Program-made: the position numbers and the translations under genes | Part shown: positions 31,460-44,649 of the stretch, in pieces | How positions within the stretch are numbered: position 1 is the first letter of the stretch | Layout of the letters: the number at the start of each line of letters is the position of its first letter | Notes under the pieces: generated by a model | Seen by the model: the letters and a program-made list of their open reading frames with translations, nothing else | Database searches by the model: none | Told to the model about the DNA's origin: nothing | Assembly (NCBI GenBank): GCA_963735455.1 | Contig: CAVTKZ010000004.1 | Span: 306,101 to 370,100, forward strand | DNA length: 64,000 nucleotides | DNA from: an uncultured Chloroflexia bacterium | Lineage (GTDB): Bacteria > Chloroflexota > Limnocylindria > Limnocylindrales > CSP1-4 | Direction: 5' to 3'

Positions 31460-32173
31460 TCAGCCCTTGTGGTCGAGGGGGATCCTCGCACCATTGATCG
31501 CCGCGGCCTCGTCGGAGCACAGGAACAGGACCGCCGCGGCGATCTCCTCCGGCGTCGTCCACGAAGCATTCCTCGGCGTCGGGGCGGAATCCCGTTCGTC
31601 CTTCTCGTCGATCGTGCCGACCGTCACCAGGTTGACCGTCACCCCGCTGCCGGCAACCTCGCGGGCGAGGGTGCGCAGGAGAGTGTCCTCGGCCGCCTTC
31701 GCGACGGCATAGCTGGCTGATCTCGGCGCGGCCTCGAGGGCCGGGCGCGAGCCGACAGCGGCCACCCGGCCCCAGCCCCGATCGATCATCCCGGGCAGGG
31801 CGGCCTGGACGAGGTTGAGCGTCGTCCACAGGTGCTGGTCGAGCATTCCGGTCAGCTCCGCCGGATCGAGATCGACGACGGCAGTCCCCCCGACCCAGCC
31901 GCCGACCAGGTGGATGACCACGTCGACCCGGCCGAAGCGCTCGACGACCGACTCGACCGCGGCCCGAGCCTGGGCACGGTCGCGCAGGTCGCCCACGCCG
32001 GGAACCCAGTGGTCGGCGGCCAGGCCCAGGTCGTGGGCCACCTCGGTCAGGCGATCAAGGTCCGTCCCGACCAGGCCCATTTGCGTCCCGGCGGCGGCAA
32101 AGCGGCCGGCCACGACCCGGCCCAGGACGCCCGTGGCGCCGCTGACCAGGACAACTCGATCGGCGATGGCCAT
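31460..32173 (-). CDS. SDR family oxidoreductase.
   Basis: VSGATGVLG Rossmann motif and YAVAK catalytic motif. Confidence 0.85.
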   Translation of the reverse strand: MAIADRVVLVSGATGVLGRVVAGRFAAAGTQMGLVGTDLDRLTEVAHDLGLAADHWVPGVGDLRDRAQARAAVESVVERFGRVDVVIHLVGGWVGGTAVVDLDPAELTGMLDQHLWTTLNLVQAALPGMIDRGWGRVAAVGSRPALEAAPRSASYAVAKAAEDTLLRTLAREVAGSGVTVNLVTVGTIDEKDERDSAPTPRNASWTTPEEIAAAVLFLCSDEAAAINGARIPLDHKG

Positions 32174-32185
32174 CGGCGGCCGGCC

Positions 32186-32641
32186 TCAGCCCGGCTCGCC
32201 GGCCGGCGCCGCGACCGGCAGCCGGTAGTGGAACGCATAGGCGTGGCTGCCGTCGGCGGCCCGGATGATCTCGAGCTCGCCGCTCAGGCCGGCCAGGCCG
32301 TCCGAGCCGCTCCGCGGCACGACCTCGATCCGGAGGGCCTGCTCGGCACCGTCGGCGGTCGCCGCGTGCTGCAGGACGAAGCGGCCGGGATGGCCGTCGA
32401 GGGTGCCGGTCACCCGTTCGATCGCGACGTAGCCGGCCGGCTCGCCGGCCACCATCACGCTCAGCATGTCCACCGTGCTGTGCCCGGCGAGGCCGCCCTG
32501 GAAGGTCTTCGAGAGCTGGACCCAGCCGATCTTGGTGGCCGGGTCGGTGGCCCCATCCTCGCCCGGATCGGCGACCGGCTCGTCGCGCCAGGAGTCGATG
32601 CTGAACGTGCCGGTGGCGGTCCTGTGGGTCAGGTCATGCAT
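32186..32641 (-). CDS. DUF3224 domain protein.
   Basis: 151-aa small beta-rich protein. The family assignment is from recalled sequence features and is unverified. Confidence 0.5.
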   Translation of the reverse strand: MHDLTHRTATGTFSIDSWRDEPVADPGEDGATDPATKIGWVQLSKTFQGGLAGHSTVDMLSVMVAGEPAGYVAIERVTGTLDGHPGRFVLQHAATADGAEQALRIEVVPRSGSDGLAGLSGELEIIRAADGSHAYAFHYRLPVAAPAGEPG

Positions 32642-32669
32642 GGCCTGACGGTAGCCGATTGGGGCCGAA

Positions 32670-33525
32670 TCAGGACGCCACGGCGGTCCCCAGCTCGGCC
32701 AGGCCGGCCAGGTAGGCCTGCCGCCACTCCTCGGTCGTCTCGACCTGGTTGAACGTGTACAGGTGGACGCCCTGGACGTCCGCGATCGGATCCACCAGGA
32801 GGGGCACGAGGGCGGCGAGGAGGCCGTCGGGCCGGTAGCCGCCCGGGCGCAGGAAGCGGCCGATCAGGGCGCTGTTCTTGGACACGAACCGGCGCGAGTC
32901 CCGAACGCCGATCCGGGCGCTGATCTCGATCAGCCGGTGGAGCTCGGCGACGCCCGCGATGCCAAGCACGAGGGGCAGCGTGATCCCGGCGGCCCGCCGA
33001 GCCAGCAGCCAGCGCCGGAGCGCACCGGCGTCGAAGCACAGCTGGGTCGTCATCGAGGTCGCGAAGGGCTGCTTGTCGGCGAGGCCCGCCAGGAGCCGGT
33101 CCTCGGGGATCGTCGGATGGCCCTGCGGGTAGCCCGGGATGCCGATCTCGGTGAACGGGTGGCCGAGCTCGGCCATCGCCCGCAGCAGGCTCAGGCCGTC
33201 GGGGAAGTCGCCCGGCTGGGCCGAGTCCCCGCCGACCACGAAGACCTGCCGGATCCCGGCCGCCGCCAGGCTGGCGAGCAGGCCGCGGAGGTGGGCGCGA
33301 TCGCGGATCATCCGGGCCGACAGGTGCGGGACGGCGTCGAAGCCACGGTCGGCCAGCCTGGCGCTCAGCTCGACGGTGGCCTCGATGCCCTTGGCCGGCG
33401 AGGCGGTGACCGAGACCGTCGCGCCGGCCGGCAGGAAGGCCAGCTGGGGCTCGACGCTCTTGAGCGGGATCAGCTCGAAGAGCGGCGCGCCGAGGAGGCC
33501 GGCAATGCCTCCCGTGCGGGATCAT
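32670..33525 (-). CDS. metF: 5,10-methylenetetrahydrofolate reductase (MetF-like), with a frameshift near the N-terminus.
   Basis: LFELIPLKS...VSVTASPAKG...FDAVPHLSAR...VFVVGGD in the frame of ORF 32670-33311. The ATG at 33525 lies one frame over. Confidence 0.7.
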
Positions 33526-33565
33526 CGAGCCCGGGCGCGCGACGGAACATCGATCGAACGTCGGG

Positions 33566-35105
33566 CTAGACGAACGCGTCGGGCATCGACGCCTTCTTGC
33601 GGGCGATGAACTCGAGGAGGGCCTCGTCCACGCCCGGGTCGATCTCGGGCGGCTGGTACTCGGCCAGCATCTTCTTCCAGATCGCGTTGGCCCGCTGGGC
33701 GGCGTCGAGCGAGCCGTCCTCGAGCCACTTCTCGAAGCTGTTGTTGTCGGCGATCTCGGAGCGGTAGAAGGCGGTCTCGAAGTTGGCCAGGGTGTGGGCG
33801 CTGCCCAGGAAGTGGACGCCCGGCTCGTTGGCCAGGATCGCGTCGACGGCCTGGCCGTTCTCGGACAGGTCGATCCCCTGGGCGAAGACCTGCATCATCC
33901 CGCACTGGTCGGCGTCGAGGATGAACTTCTCGTAGCCGATCGCCAGCCCGCCCTCCAGCCAGCCGGCCGCGTGGAGCACGAAGTTGACCCCGGCCAGGAC
34001 CGTCGGCTGGAGGGTGGCCGCCGACTCGTAGGCGGCCTGGGCGTCGGCGATCTTCGAGGCGCACAGGCTGCCGCCCGGAGCGGAACGGGACGCCCAGCCG
34101 GCGGGCCAGGCTGGCCATCGCGTAGAGGACCAGGGCCGGCTCGGGCGTGCCGAAGGTCGGCGCCCCGGACTGCATCGACATCGAGCTGGCGAACGAGCCG
34201 AGGACGACCGGCGCCCCGGGCCGGACCAGCTGGCAGAAGGTCATGCCGCCGAGCGACTCGGCCAGCGTCTGGGCGCAGACGGCGGCGGCGGTCACCGGGG
34301 CCATCGCGCCGGCCAGGATGAACGGGGTCATCAGGGTGGCCTGGTTGGCCTCGGCGTAGGCCCGCGCCGCGCCGAGCATCGTCCCGTCCCAGACCAGCGG
34401 CGAGTTGGCGTTGATCAGGCTGAGGATCACCGGGTGGCTGTCGACGAATTCGGCGCCGAAGACGATCCGGGCCATCTCGACCGTGTCGCGGGCCCGCTCG
34501 GGTGCCGTGACCGAGCCCATGAACGGCTTGTCCGAGTAGCGGATGTGGCTGTAGACCATGTCCAGGTGGCGCTTGTTGACCGGCACGTCGACCGGCTCGC
34601 AGACCGTGCCGCCGGAGTGGTGCATGTAGGGGCTGGCGTAGGCCAGCTTCACGAAGTTGCGGAAGTCCTCGATCGTGCCGTAGCGCCGGCCGTTGTCCAG
34701 GTCGCGCACGAACGGCGAGCCGTAGTTCGGGGCGAAGACCGTGTTCATGCCGCCGATCGACGACGTTGTTCTTCGGGTTGCGGGCGTACTGGGTGAACTC
34801 GCGCGGGGCGGTCGCCTGGACGATCTGGCGGCACATCCCGCGCGGGAAGCGGACGCGCTCGCCCTGCACGTCGGCACCGGCGTCGGCGAACAGGCGGAGG
34901 GCGTCGGGATCGCCCCGGAACTCGAGGCCGACCTCCTGGAGGATCGTGTCGGCGTTGTGCTCGATCAGGGCGAGGCCCTCTTCGTCGAGGACCTCGAACG
35001 GGGCGAGCGTGCGGGTCAGGAACGGCTGCCGCTCGATGTGGCTGTGGGCGCGGAGCGCCTGGCGGCCCGCGCGGCCGCCGCTGCGCTGGCGCGGGCTGTC
35101 GTCCA

Positions 35106-35109
<4 letters not shown>
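33566..35109 (-). pseudogene. MttB-superfamily (trimethylamine-methyltransferase-like, non-pyrrolysine) substrate:corrinoid methyltransferase, glycine-betaine / quaternary-amine type. Split over three frames (two frameshifts).
   Basis: The N-terminal ~120 aa lie in ORF 33895-35109. The middle ~235 aa (…GGMNTVFAPNYGSPFV…LGSFASSMSMQSGAPTFGTPE…) lie in ORF 33522-34877. The C-terminal 137 aa lie in ORF 33566-33979. No in-frame TAG/Pyl position was seen. Confidence 0.75.
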
Positions 35110-37177
<2,068 letters not shown>

Positions 37178-37181
<4 letters not shown>

Positions 37182-38073
37182 CTCGCCGGCCCGCTCAGCC
37201 GGCGGCCGGGGCCGCGACCGCGTCGCGCCGGCGGTTCACCCGGCGGCCCTGCTCGCCCTCGGCCGGCGCGACCCGGTAGCGTCCGGATCCAGCGGCCGCA
37301 CTCGGGGTCGTTGCCCAGCAGCACGTCGGCGGCCATGACCGACTGGCGCACCTCGGCCAGGAGCGGGTTGGTGATCGCCGAGGTCAGGCCGCTGGCGATG
37401 GCCATGGCCAGGAAGGCGCCGTTGATCCCCTCCCGGTTGGGCAGGCCGAAGCTGACGTTCGAGGCGCCGCAGGTGCTGTTGACGTCCAGCTCGTCGCGCA
37501 GCCGGTTGAGGATCCGGAAGACCTGCCGGCCGGCGGTCGGCAGCGCCCCGATCGGCATGAGCAGGGGATCGACGAGGATGTCCTCGCGCGGGATGCCGTG
37601 GTCGGCGGCCCGCTCGACGATGTGCTTGGCGACCGCGAAGCGGACGTCGGGATCCTCGGAGATGCCGGTCTCGTCGTTGGAGATCGCGACGACCGCCGCG
37701 CCGTACTTGCGGACCAGCGGCAGGACCCGCTCGAGCCGCTCGTCCTCGCCGGTCACCGAGTTGACCAGGGCCTTGCCCTGGTAGACGGCGAGGCCCGGCC
37801 TCGAGCGCCTCGACGATCGACGAGTCGATCGACAGGGGCAGGTCGGTCAGCGACTGGACCAGCTGGATCGTCCGGGCCAGGATCGCCGGCTCGTCGGCCA
37901 GCGGGATCGCCGGCGTTGACGTCGAGCATGTGGGCGCCGGCCTCGACCTGGGCCAGCACGTCGCGCTCGACCCGGCTGAAGTCGCCCTTCTTCATCTCCT
38001 CGGCCAGCAGCTTGCGGCCGGTCGGGTTGATCCGCTCGCCGATGATCACGAACGGCTCGTCGGCGCCGATCAC
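37178..38073 (-). pseudogene. Methyltetrahydrofolate:corrinoid methyltransferase (pterin-binding DHPS-like domain, MtgA/MtrH-like), with about 2 frameshifts.
   Basis: PFVIIGERINPTGRK...GAHMLDVNAG (ORF 37753-38073). ...GKALVNSVTGEDERLERVLPLVRKYGAAVVAI...SFGLPNREGINGAFLAMAIASGL (ORF 37178-37756). Confidence 0.65.
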
Positions 38074-38423
38074 GACCTCCGGGTGGCCGAGCCGATGACC
38101 GTCCGGGTCATGCCGGCGTCCCGCTCGGCGTCGTCACGCCGCCGGCGGCGACGAGGCGGGCCAGGACCTCGCGGGTGTACTCGTGCTCGAGGCGGGTCGA
38201 CCTCGGCCGGCCACCTCGCTTCGAGGTCGTCGCCGCACGGCCGCTGGGTCTTGCGCCACTCGGCGATGTAGGCGTCCATCTCGCGCCGGCCGGCCTTCAC
38301 CGCGGCCCGGTCGATGGCCACCTGGAAGCGCGGGTGGAGGACGATCTTCGAGGCCCGGCGGGCGTCCTTGGCGACGACCTGGGCCGGGATGTCGCGCCAC
38401 CAGATGACGGTCAGGGCGGCCAT
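38070..38423 (-). CDS. Hypothetical protein (MAALTVIWWRDIPAQVVAKD...). Possibly the C-terminal part of the adjacent DUF1638 gene.
   Basis: 117-aa ORF from the track. No family recognised. The C-terminal third is Arg-rich and may be out of frame. Confidence 0.3.
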   Translation of the reverse strand: MAALTVIWWRDIPAQVVAKDARRASKIVLHPRFQVAIDRAAVKAGRREMDAYIAEWRKTQRPCGDDLEARWPAEVDPPRARVHPRGPGPPRRRRRRDDAERDAGMTRTVIGSATRRS

Positions 38424-39081
38424 CAGGCGGCGTCCCGGGTCGCGCCCGGCGGGCCGGCGTCGCGTCGGCCAGGCGCCGTCGATCGTCGTGGCCAGCTCGC
38501 CCAGGCCGGTCGCCGCGTCGCTCGAAGGCGAGGCCCAGCCGGCCGGCGGCCCGCGCGGGCGGTCGCCAGGAGCGGCAGGATCGTCGGTCTGGGCCAGGTA
38601 GACAGCCGCGCTGGTAGTTGCCGAAGTAGACCGGCAGCAGCTCGGGGTGGGCGTCGATGCCCAGGCCGCGGATCACCAGGCGGTCGAAGTTGCGGGCCAG
38701 GAAGTCGGTCAGGAAGAAGGTCGCCGGGTCGTCGTCGGTGAGCTGGGCGAAGGCGGCCCGGCCGGCGTAGAACTCGTAGCAGTGGGCGCCGGCCAGGCGC
38801 TCGACGCCCTCCTCCTCGAGGACCCGGTCGAGGAGGCCGCCCGTGCCGCAGTCGGCGTAGGCGATGAAGATCGTGGTCGTAGCGGCGGCCGAGCCGCGCG
38901 GATCTTGCGCCGGACGGCGGCCGGGATGCCGCCCGGCCGGTTGTGGAGGGTGGCCGGCAGGCAGGTCAGGTCGATGTGCTCGAAGCCCGGCCGGCGGGTC
39001 AGCTCGACCAGCTCGCGGGCGAGCGCGCCGCAGCCGATGACCAGAACGCGCGGCGCGGTCCGCGGTTCGCGCCGCGGCCGG

Positions 39082-39098
<17 letters not shown>
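38424..39098 (-). pseudogene. DUF1638 domain protein (accessory protein typical of corrinoid methyltransferase operons), frameshifted.
   Basis: N-terminus RVLVIGCGALARELVELTRRPGFEHIDLTCLPATLHNRPGGIPAAVRRKI in ORF 38709-39098. Continuation ...GLGIDAHPELLPVYFGNYQRG in ORF 38134-38676. The downstream boundary is uncertain. Confidence 0.5.
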
Positions 39099-39782
<684 letters not shown>

Positions 39783-39888
39783 TGCTCGACCGACTCCTGG
39801 CGCATCTGCCGACCGTAGGTGTTCCACAATGCGGAACGATGCCGTATGATGGAACAGCGACCTGCAGCGTAGCCGATGGGGCGCTCGG

Positions 39889-40726
39889 ATGTCCATAGCC
39901 CGTCCTCCGGGCCGTCGGGAAAACCGGGTTCAGTCGATCGAGCGGGCCTTCGCCGTGCTCGCCGCCCTCGCCGACGGCCCGATCGGGGTGACCGAGGTGG
40001 CCGACCGGGTCGAGCTGCCCAAGAGCACCGTGGCGCGGCTCCTCGCGTCGCTCCAGCGCGAGGGCGCGGTCGAGCAGGAGCCGGGCGGCACCCGCTACCG
40101 GGTCGGATCGCGGATCGTCGACCCTGGCGGCGACCGTCCTGCCGACCCGGAGCATGGTCGTCCTGGCCCGCCCCGAGCTCGAGGCCCTGGCCGCGGCGGT
40201 CGGCGAGGCGGCCGGCCTGTCCGTCCCCGACGGCTTCCGGGTCCACTACGTCGACCAGGTCGACACGCCCAATCCGGTCGTCGGTCCGCGACTGGACCGG
40301 CACCCGGGTCCCGATGCACGCCGTGCCGTCCGGGCTGGTCCTGCTCGCCCACAGCGCCGCCGGCCAGCCTCGAGCGCTTCCTCGCCCGGCCGATGGAGGC
40401 GCTTCACGCCGGCCACGGTCACCGACCCGGCCGCCCTGCGCGAGCGCCTGCGCCGGGTCCAGCTCGACGGCTACGCCTGGGTCTTCGGCGAGTTCTCGGT
40501 CGGGATCAACTCCGTCGCCGCGGCCGTGGCCGACGAGGACGGCGAGGTCGTGGCGGCGGTCCACCTCCACGGCCCGTCGTATCGCTTCCCGAGCGCGGGC
40601 GGCGAGGAGCGGATCGGCGAGGAGGTCGTGGCCGCCGCCGCCCGGATCTCGGCCCGGCTCCGGCAGGGTGGTCGGGCGACCATCCGTCGCAACTCCGGCG
40701 ACGGCGAGGACCTTGGTCGGCTATAA
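39889..40726 (+). pseudogene. IclR family transcriptional regulator, with at least 3 frameshifts.
   Basis: HTH N-terminus RVQSIERAFAVLAALADGPIGVTEVADRVELPKSTVARLLASLQREG in ORF 39889-41196. The effector domain is spread over ORFs 40154-40726 and 39876-42230 (…MHAVPSGLVLLAHSAAGQ…). Confidence 0.65.
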
Positions 40727-40760
40727 GGGTCCCCAGCAGGGGAGAGGGCGAGGGACGAGC

Positions 40761-42230
40761 GTGGCCAGCCTGTTCATCGACGGCGAGTGGACCGCCGGTT
40801 CGTCGGGCGAGACGAGCGCCGTCATCGCGCCGTTCGACGGCAGCGAGATCGAGCGGGTCGATATCGCCGCGGACGAGGACGTCCAGCGCGCGATCGGCGC
40901 CGCGCGGCGGGCCTTCGATGCCGGGGAGTGGCCGCAGACACCGGCCCCGGAGCGGGGCGCGATCCTCAACCGGATCGCGGACCTCCTGGAGCGCGACGCC
41001 GAGGAGATCGCCGGCACCGAGACGCGCAACACGGGCAAGGCGCTGCGCGAGGGCCGCTACGACGTGGCCGACGTGGTCAAGGTCTTCCGCTACTACGCGG
41101 GCATGGCCGACAAGGACGCCGGGCGGCTCGTCGCCACGGGCTCGCGCGATGCCCTCAGCCGGATCGTCTACGAGCCGATCGGCGTGTGCGCCCTGATCGG
41201 GCCCTGGAACTACCCGCTCCTGCAGGTCGCCTGGAAGGTGGCGCCGGCCATCGCCGCCGGCGACACGTTCATCGTCAAGCCTGCCTCGGTCACGCCGCTG
41301 ACGGCGATCCACCTGATGCACGTCCTCCAGGACGTGGGCCTGCCGAGGGGCGTCGCGAACCTCGTCCTGGGGCCAGGCGACCGGGTCGGCCAGGCCCTCG
41401 CGGAGAGCGCCGACGTCGACTTCGTGTCGCTGACCGGCGGCATCGATGCCGGCCGGAAGATCATGCGGGCCGCCGCCGGGAACATGAAGAAGGTCGCCTT
41501 CGAGCTCGGGGGCAAGAGCCCCAACATCGTCTTCGACGACGCCGATTTCGAGACGGTCGTGGACTACGCCCTGACCGCCGCCTTCGTCCACTCCGGGCAG
41601 GTCTGCTCGGCCGGCACGCGGGCCCTGGTCCAGGACACGATCTATGACGAGTTCGTGGCCGAGGTCGCCAAGCGGACCGAGAAGATCCGCCTGGGCGACG
41701 GCTTCGACGCGGCGACCGAGGCCGGGCCGCTGATCAGCGAGGAGCACCGGGGCAAGGTCGAGCGCTACATCCAGATCGGCCTGGCCGAGGGCGCCCGGCT
41801 CGTCGCCGGCGGCGCGCGGCCGACCGAGGCGCACCTCCAGGAGGGCTTCTTCGTCCGGCCGACGGTCTTCGCCGACTGCAACCGCTCGATGCGCGTCGTC
41901 CGCGAGGAGATCTTCGGGCCGGTCCTGACGATCGAGAAGTTCCACACCGAGGACGAGGCGGTCGCCGCGGGCAACGACACGACCTACGGCCTGGCCGGCG
42001 CGGTGTGGACCGCCGACGCCGGTCGCGCCCAGCGGGTCGCCGGCCGGCTGCGCCACGGGACAATCTGGATCAACGACTACCACCCCTACCTGCCCCAGGC
42101 GGAATGGGGCGGCTTCAAGCAGTCCGGGATCGGCCGCGAGCTCGGGCCCACCGGCCTCGACGAATACCGCGAGGCCAAGCACATCTACCAGAACACCTCG
42201 CCCGGCCCCTCGCGCTGGTTCGGGGGCTAG
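40761..42230 (+). CDS. NAD(P)-dependent aldehyde dehydrogenase, betaine-aldehyde dehydrogenase-like.
   Basis: 490 aa. ALDH glutamate and cysteine active-site motifs (ELGGKSP; GQVCSAGTR). GTG start after GGAGAGGG. Confidence 0.85.
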   Translation: MASLFIDGEWTAGSSGETSAVIAPFDGSEIERVDIAADEDVQRAIGAARRAFDAGEWPQTPAPERGAILNRIADLLERDAEEIAGTETRNTGKALREGRYDVADVVKVFRYYAGMADKDAGRLVATGSRDALSRIVYEPIGVCALIGPWNYPLLQVAWKVAPAIAAGDTFIVKPASVTPLTAIHLMHVLQDVGLPRGVANLVLGPGDRVGQALAESADVDFVSLTGGIDAGRKIMRAAAGNMKKVAFELGGKSPNIVFDDADFETVVDYALTAAFVHSGQVCSAGTRALVQDTIYDEFVAEVAKRTEKIRLGDGFDAATEAGPLISEEHRGKVERYIQIGLAEGARLVAGGARPTEAHLQEGFFVRPTVFADCNRSMRVVREEIFGPVLTIEKFHTEDEAVAAGNDTTYGLAGAVWTADAGRAQRVAGRLRHGTIWINDYHPYLPQAEWGGFKQSGIGRELGPTGLDEYREAKHIYQNTSPGPSRWFGG

Positions 42231-42263
42231 GCCGCCTCGTCACTCCCTCGCATCCCGCCGGCC

Positions 42264-42512
42264 CGAGTGCGTCAGGCGCGCATAACCGACGACCTTGCGC
42301 CGAGGCTCCGCATCCTCGGGGCTCGTGTGCGTCAGGCGCGCATAACTGACGACGTCGCGCACGCGACTTCGCGTCCCGCTGGCTCGGTGTGCGTCAAGCG
42401 CGCATAACGGACGACCTGGCGCACGCGACTTCGCGTCCCGCTGGCTCGGTGTGCGTCAGGCGCGCATAACTACGACCTGGCGCTCGGATCGGTCGTCGCC
42501 GTGCTTCACACG
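42264..42512. repeat. Degenerate tandem repeat, ~62-bp unit x4 (core GTGCGTCAGGCGCGCATAAC + GACGACCTGGCGCACGCGACTTCGCGTCCCGCTGGCTCG), containing short palindromes (ACGCGActTCGCGT; CGTCAG...CTGACG).
   Basis: Read directly from the sequence. Units 2 and 3 are near-identical including the spacer, so this is not a CRISPR array. It lies in a 570-bp convergent intergenic region. Confidence 0.6.
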
Positions 42513-42661
42513 CACGCTCGCGACCGATTTGACCGAGATCGCGTCGAGTCTGTGCACTGGGCGCACGAAATCGGTCAGCGGGGCCGAAAACCAGTCAGTT
42601 ACGCACGTGGGACGCACATCGAGGCCCCGCGAGCAGTCGGTGCTGGGTGGTCCGCGCGCAC

Positions 42662-42735
42662 CCAGCACCCCCGGGTCGGCCCGCGGCACCCCGGGTCGGC
42701 GCGCGGCACCCCGCATCCCCGGGGTCGGTACGGAC
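42662..42735. repeat. Two to three direct repeats of a ~21-bp GC-rich unit (CCCGGGTCGGCNCGCGGCACC).
   Basis: Read directly from the sequence, downstream of the 62-bp repeat array in the same intergenic region. Confidence 0.45.
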
Positions 42736-42802
42736 CGCGTTCCGGCCAAAGAAAATCCGGTGGGCAGGCTCGTCGCCCACCCACCGGCTGATTGGGCAGC
42801 GG

Positions 42803-44594
42803 CTACTCTGCCGGGATCTCCGCGTGGATCGCGTCGAGGTCGATGCCCTGGGCCCGTCGGTACAGCCGGGCGACGACCCACACCAAGACGGCCAGGCCAT
42901 ACACGATCCCCAGGAACTTGATCGACTGGGCATTGCCCACGCCAATCCCGTACAGGGAGTTGGACAGCCACTCGTAGACCACCCAGCCCAGGAAGATCGT
43001 GGTGATCGCCCCGGCGATGCTGATCATCGGCACGCCGGCCAGCTGGTAGCGGGCGATCGGCGACTTGTTGTACAGGTCGCGCTTCCACCAGGGCAGGATC
43101 GTCGCGGCGAACGACGTCCCGAAGAACGTCACCGCGATGACCAGCGAGGCATCCAGGGTGAGCGCCGAGAAGCCCGCCTGGTAGGCATACAGCCAGGACA
43201 GGATCACGCCCGGGACCATGATCAGGAGCAGGGCGATCCAGGGCACGCCCCGGTCCGAGACGCGCGCCGCGGCCTCGGGCAGGACCCGGTCGAAGGCAGC
43301 GGCGAAGATCATCCGCGTCGAGGACAGCCAGAGGGTGCCTGCCCAGCCCACGAACCAGGCGCCGAACAGGATCACGATGGCCATCTGGACGACGCGGCTG
43401 TCGATCAGGAACGAGACCAGCAGCGGCGGATAGCCCCAGATCGGGGTTGCCGGGGCGGCGGTCACGTAGCCGTAGGCGTAGTTGATGTAGTTCACGTTGG
43501 CGGCGTTGAAGAAGTCCCAGCCAAAGGTCTTGGCGGCCAGGAGCACGAACACGATGGCCAGCCCGATCGTGACCCACAGGCCGCCGAGCATGCCCCGCAG
43601 GACCTTCCGGAAGTCGCCCGCCCCGCGCACCTCGCCGTACAGGGTGGCGCCCCAGTTCGGGTACAGGATCCAGAACATCATCAGGGGCAGGAGCAGGAAC
43701 GTCCCGCTGCTCAGCCCGAAGTCGAGCGGCGAGCCGCCGGCGGCGAAGGCATCGTTCGTGGTGGCGTTGGCGATCGTCGCGTTGTAGGCATCCGGTACGC
43801 CGAAGAGGCTCGAGCTGGCCTTGTCGAAGGCCGCATGGAACGAGTCCTGGGACGACGCCAGCATGAGCACGAACATGACGGCCAGGATGGCCAGCCCGAT
43901 CCAGATGCACCAGCGCTGGACGCGGGCGTAGCCGGCCATGCCCAGGGCGACCGCGCCCGAGGCGATGATGATCGTGAAGATCGAGACGGCGAACGTCCCG
44001 TCGGCCGACGCGAAGAATGTCGAGCCGTCGGTCCAGCCCATCAACGCGACCAGGGGCTGGACGACCTCGATCTTCAGGATGAAGCCGTAGATCGGCGCCC
44101 ACAGCGCGAGGATGAACCACCAGCCGGTGGAGGATAGGACGAAGCCGATCCCGCCCCGCTTCCAGCCGAGGGCTGCACCGCCCACGACACCGACCACGCC
44201 ACCGAGGATGGCGCCGGTATCGCCGGCTCCGAAGGCCTGGGCCGTGAAGTACAGCGGTGACGCCGCCGACGAGCGCGCCGAGCGCGGCGCCCGGGATCCC
44301 GTCGAGGATCCGGGTCTGCCAGACGTAGTCGCCGCCGGCCCGGGGCATGACCGCGATCAGGCCGGCATACGTGACGCACAGGAAGGTCATCACGATCCCG
44401 GACAGGATCAGCGTCGAGAGCACCGAGCCGTCGGGGACGAAGGCGAAGACGGCCAGGCTGTAGAACATGCCCAGGGTGACCAGGTTCACCGACATGAACG
44501 AGTAGCCGAAGGCGTCGAACCCGGACCAGCCCTTGACCAGGCCGGTCGCATTGCGCAGGAAGAGCGACGGTGTGTCGCGACTGACTGAAGACAT
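42803..44594 (-). CDS. APC-superfamily amino acid / polyamine / organocation permease (12 TMS), with one apparent frameshift ~100 aa from the N-terminus.
   Basis: The N-terminal 110 aa (MSSVSRDTPSLFLRNATGLVKGWSGFDAFGYSFMSVNL...) lie in ORF 42456-44594. The remaining 464 aa lie in ORF 42803-44197. The APC topology is continuous once the frames are joined. Confidence 0.75.
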
Positions 44595-44649
44595 CTATCC
44601 CTCTCTTTCGTCTCCATCGCCCGACCGGAGTTCACCGGTCGAAAAAAGG

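Noticed and set aside
38070-38423. Possibility that the 117-aa ORF is an independent gene of a known corrinoid-pathway family.
   Set aside because: It could not be matched to any family from memory, and it may be the misframed C-terminus of the DUF1638 gene. It was kept as a low-confidence hypothetical.
42264-42512. Possible CRISPR array (regularly spaced 20-nt cores).
   Set aside because: The inter-core sequences are not unique (units 2 and 3 are nearly identical throughout), the period is ~62 bp with only 4 copies, and no cas genes are nearby. It was called a degenerate tandem repeat instead.
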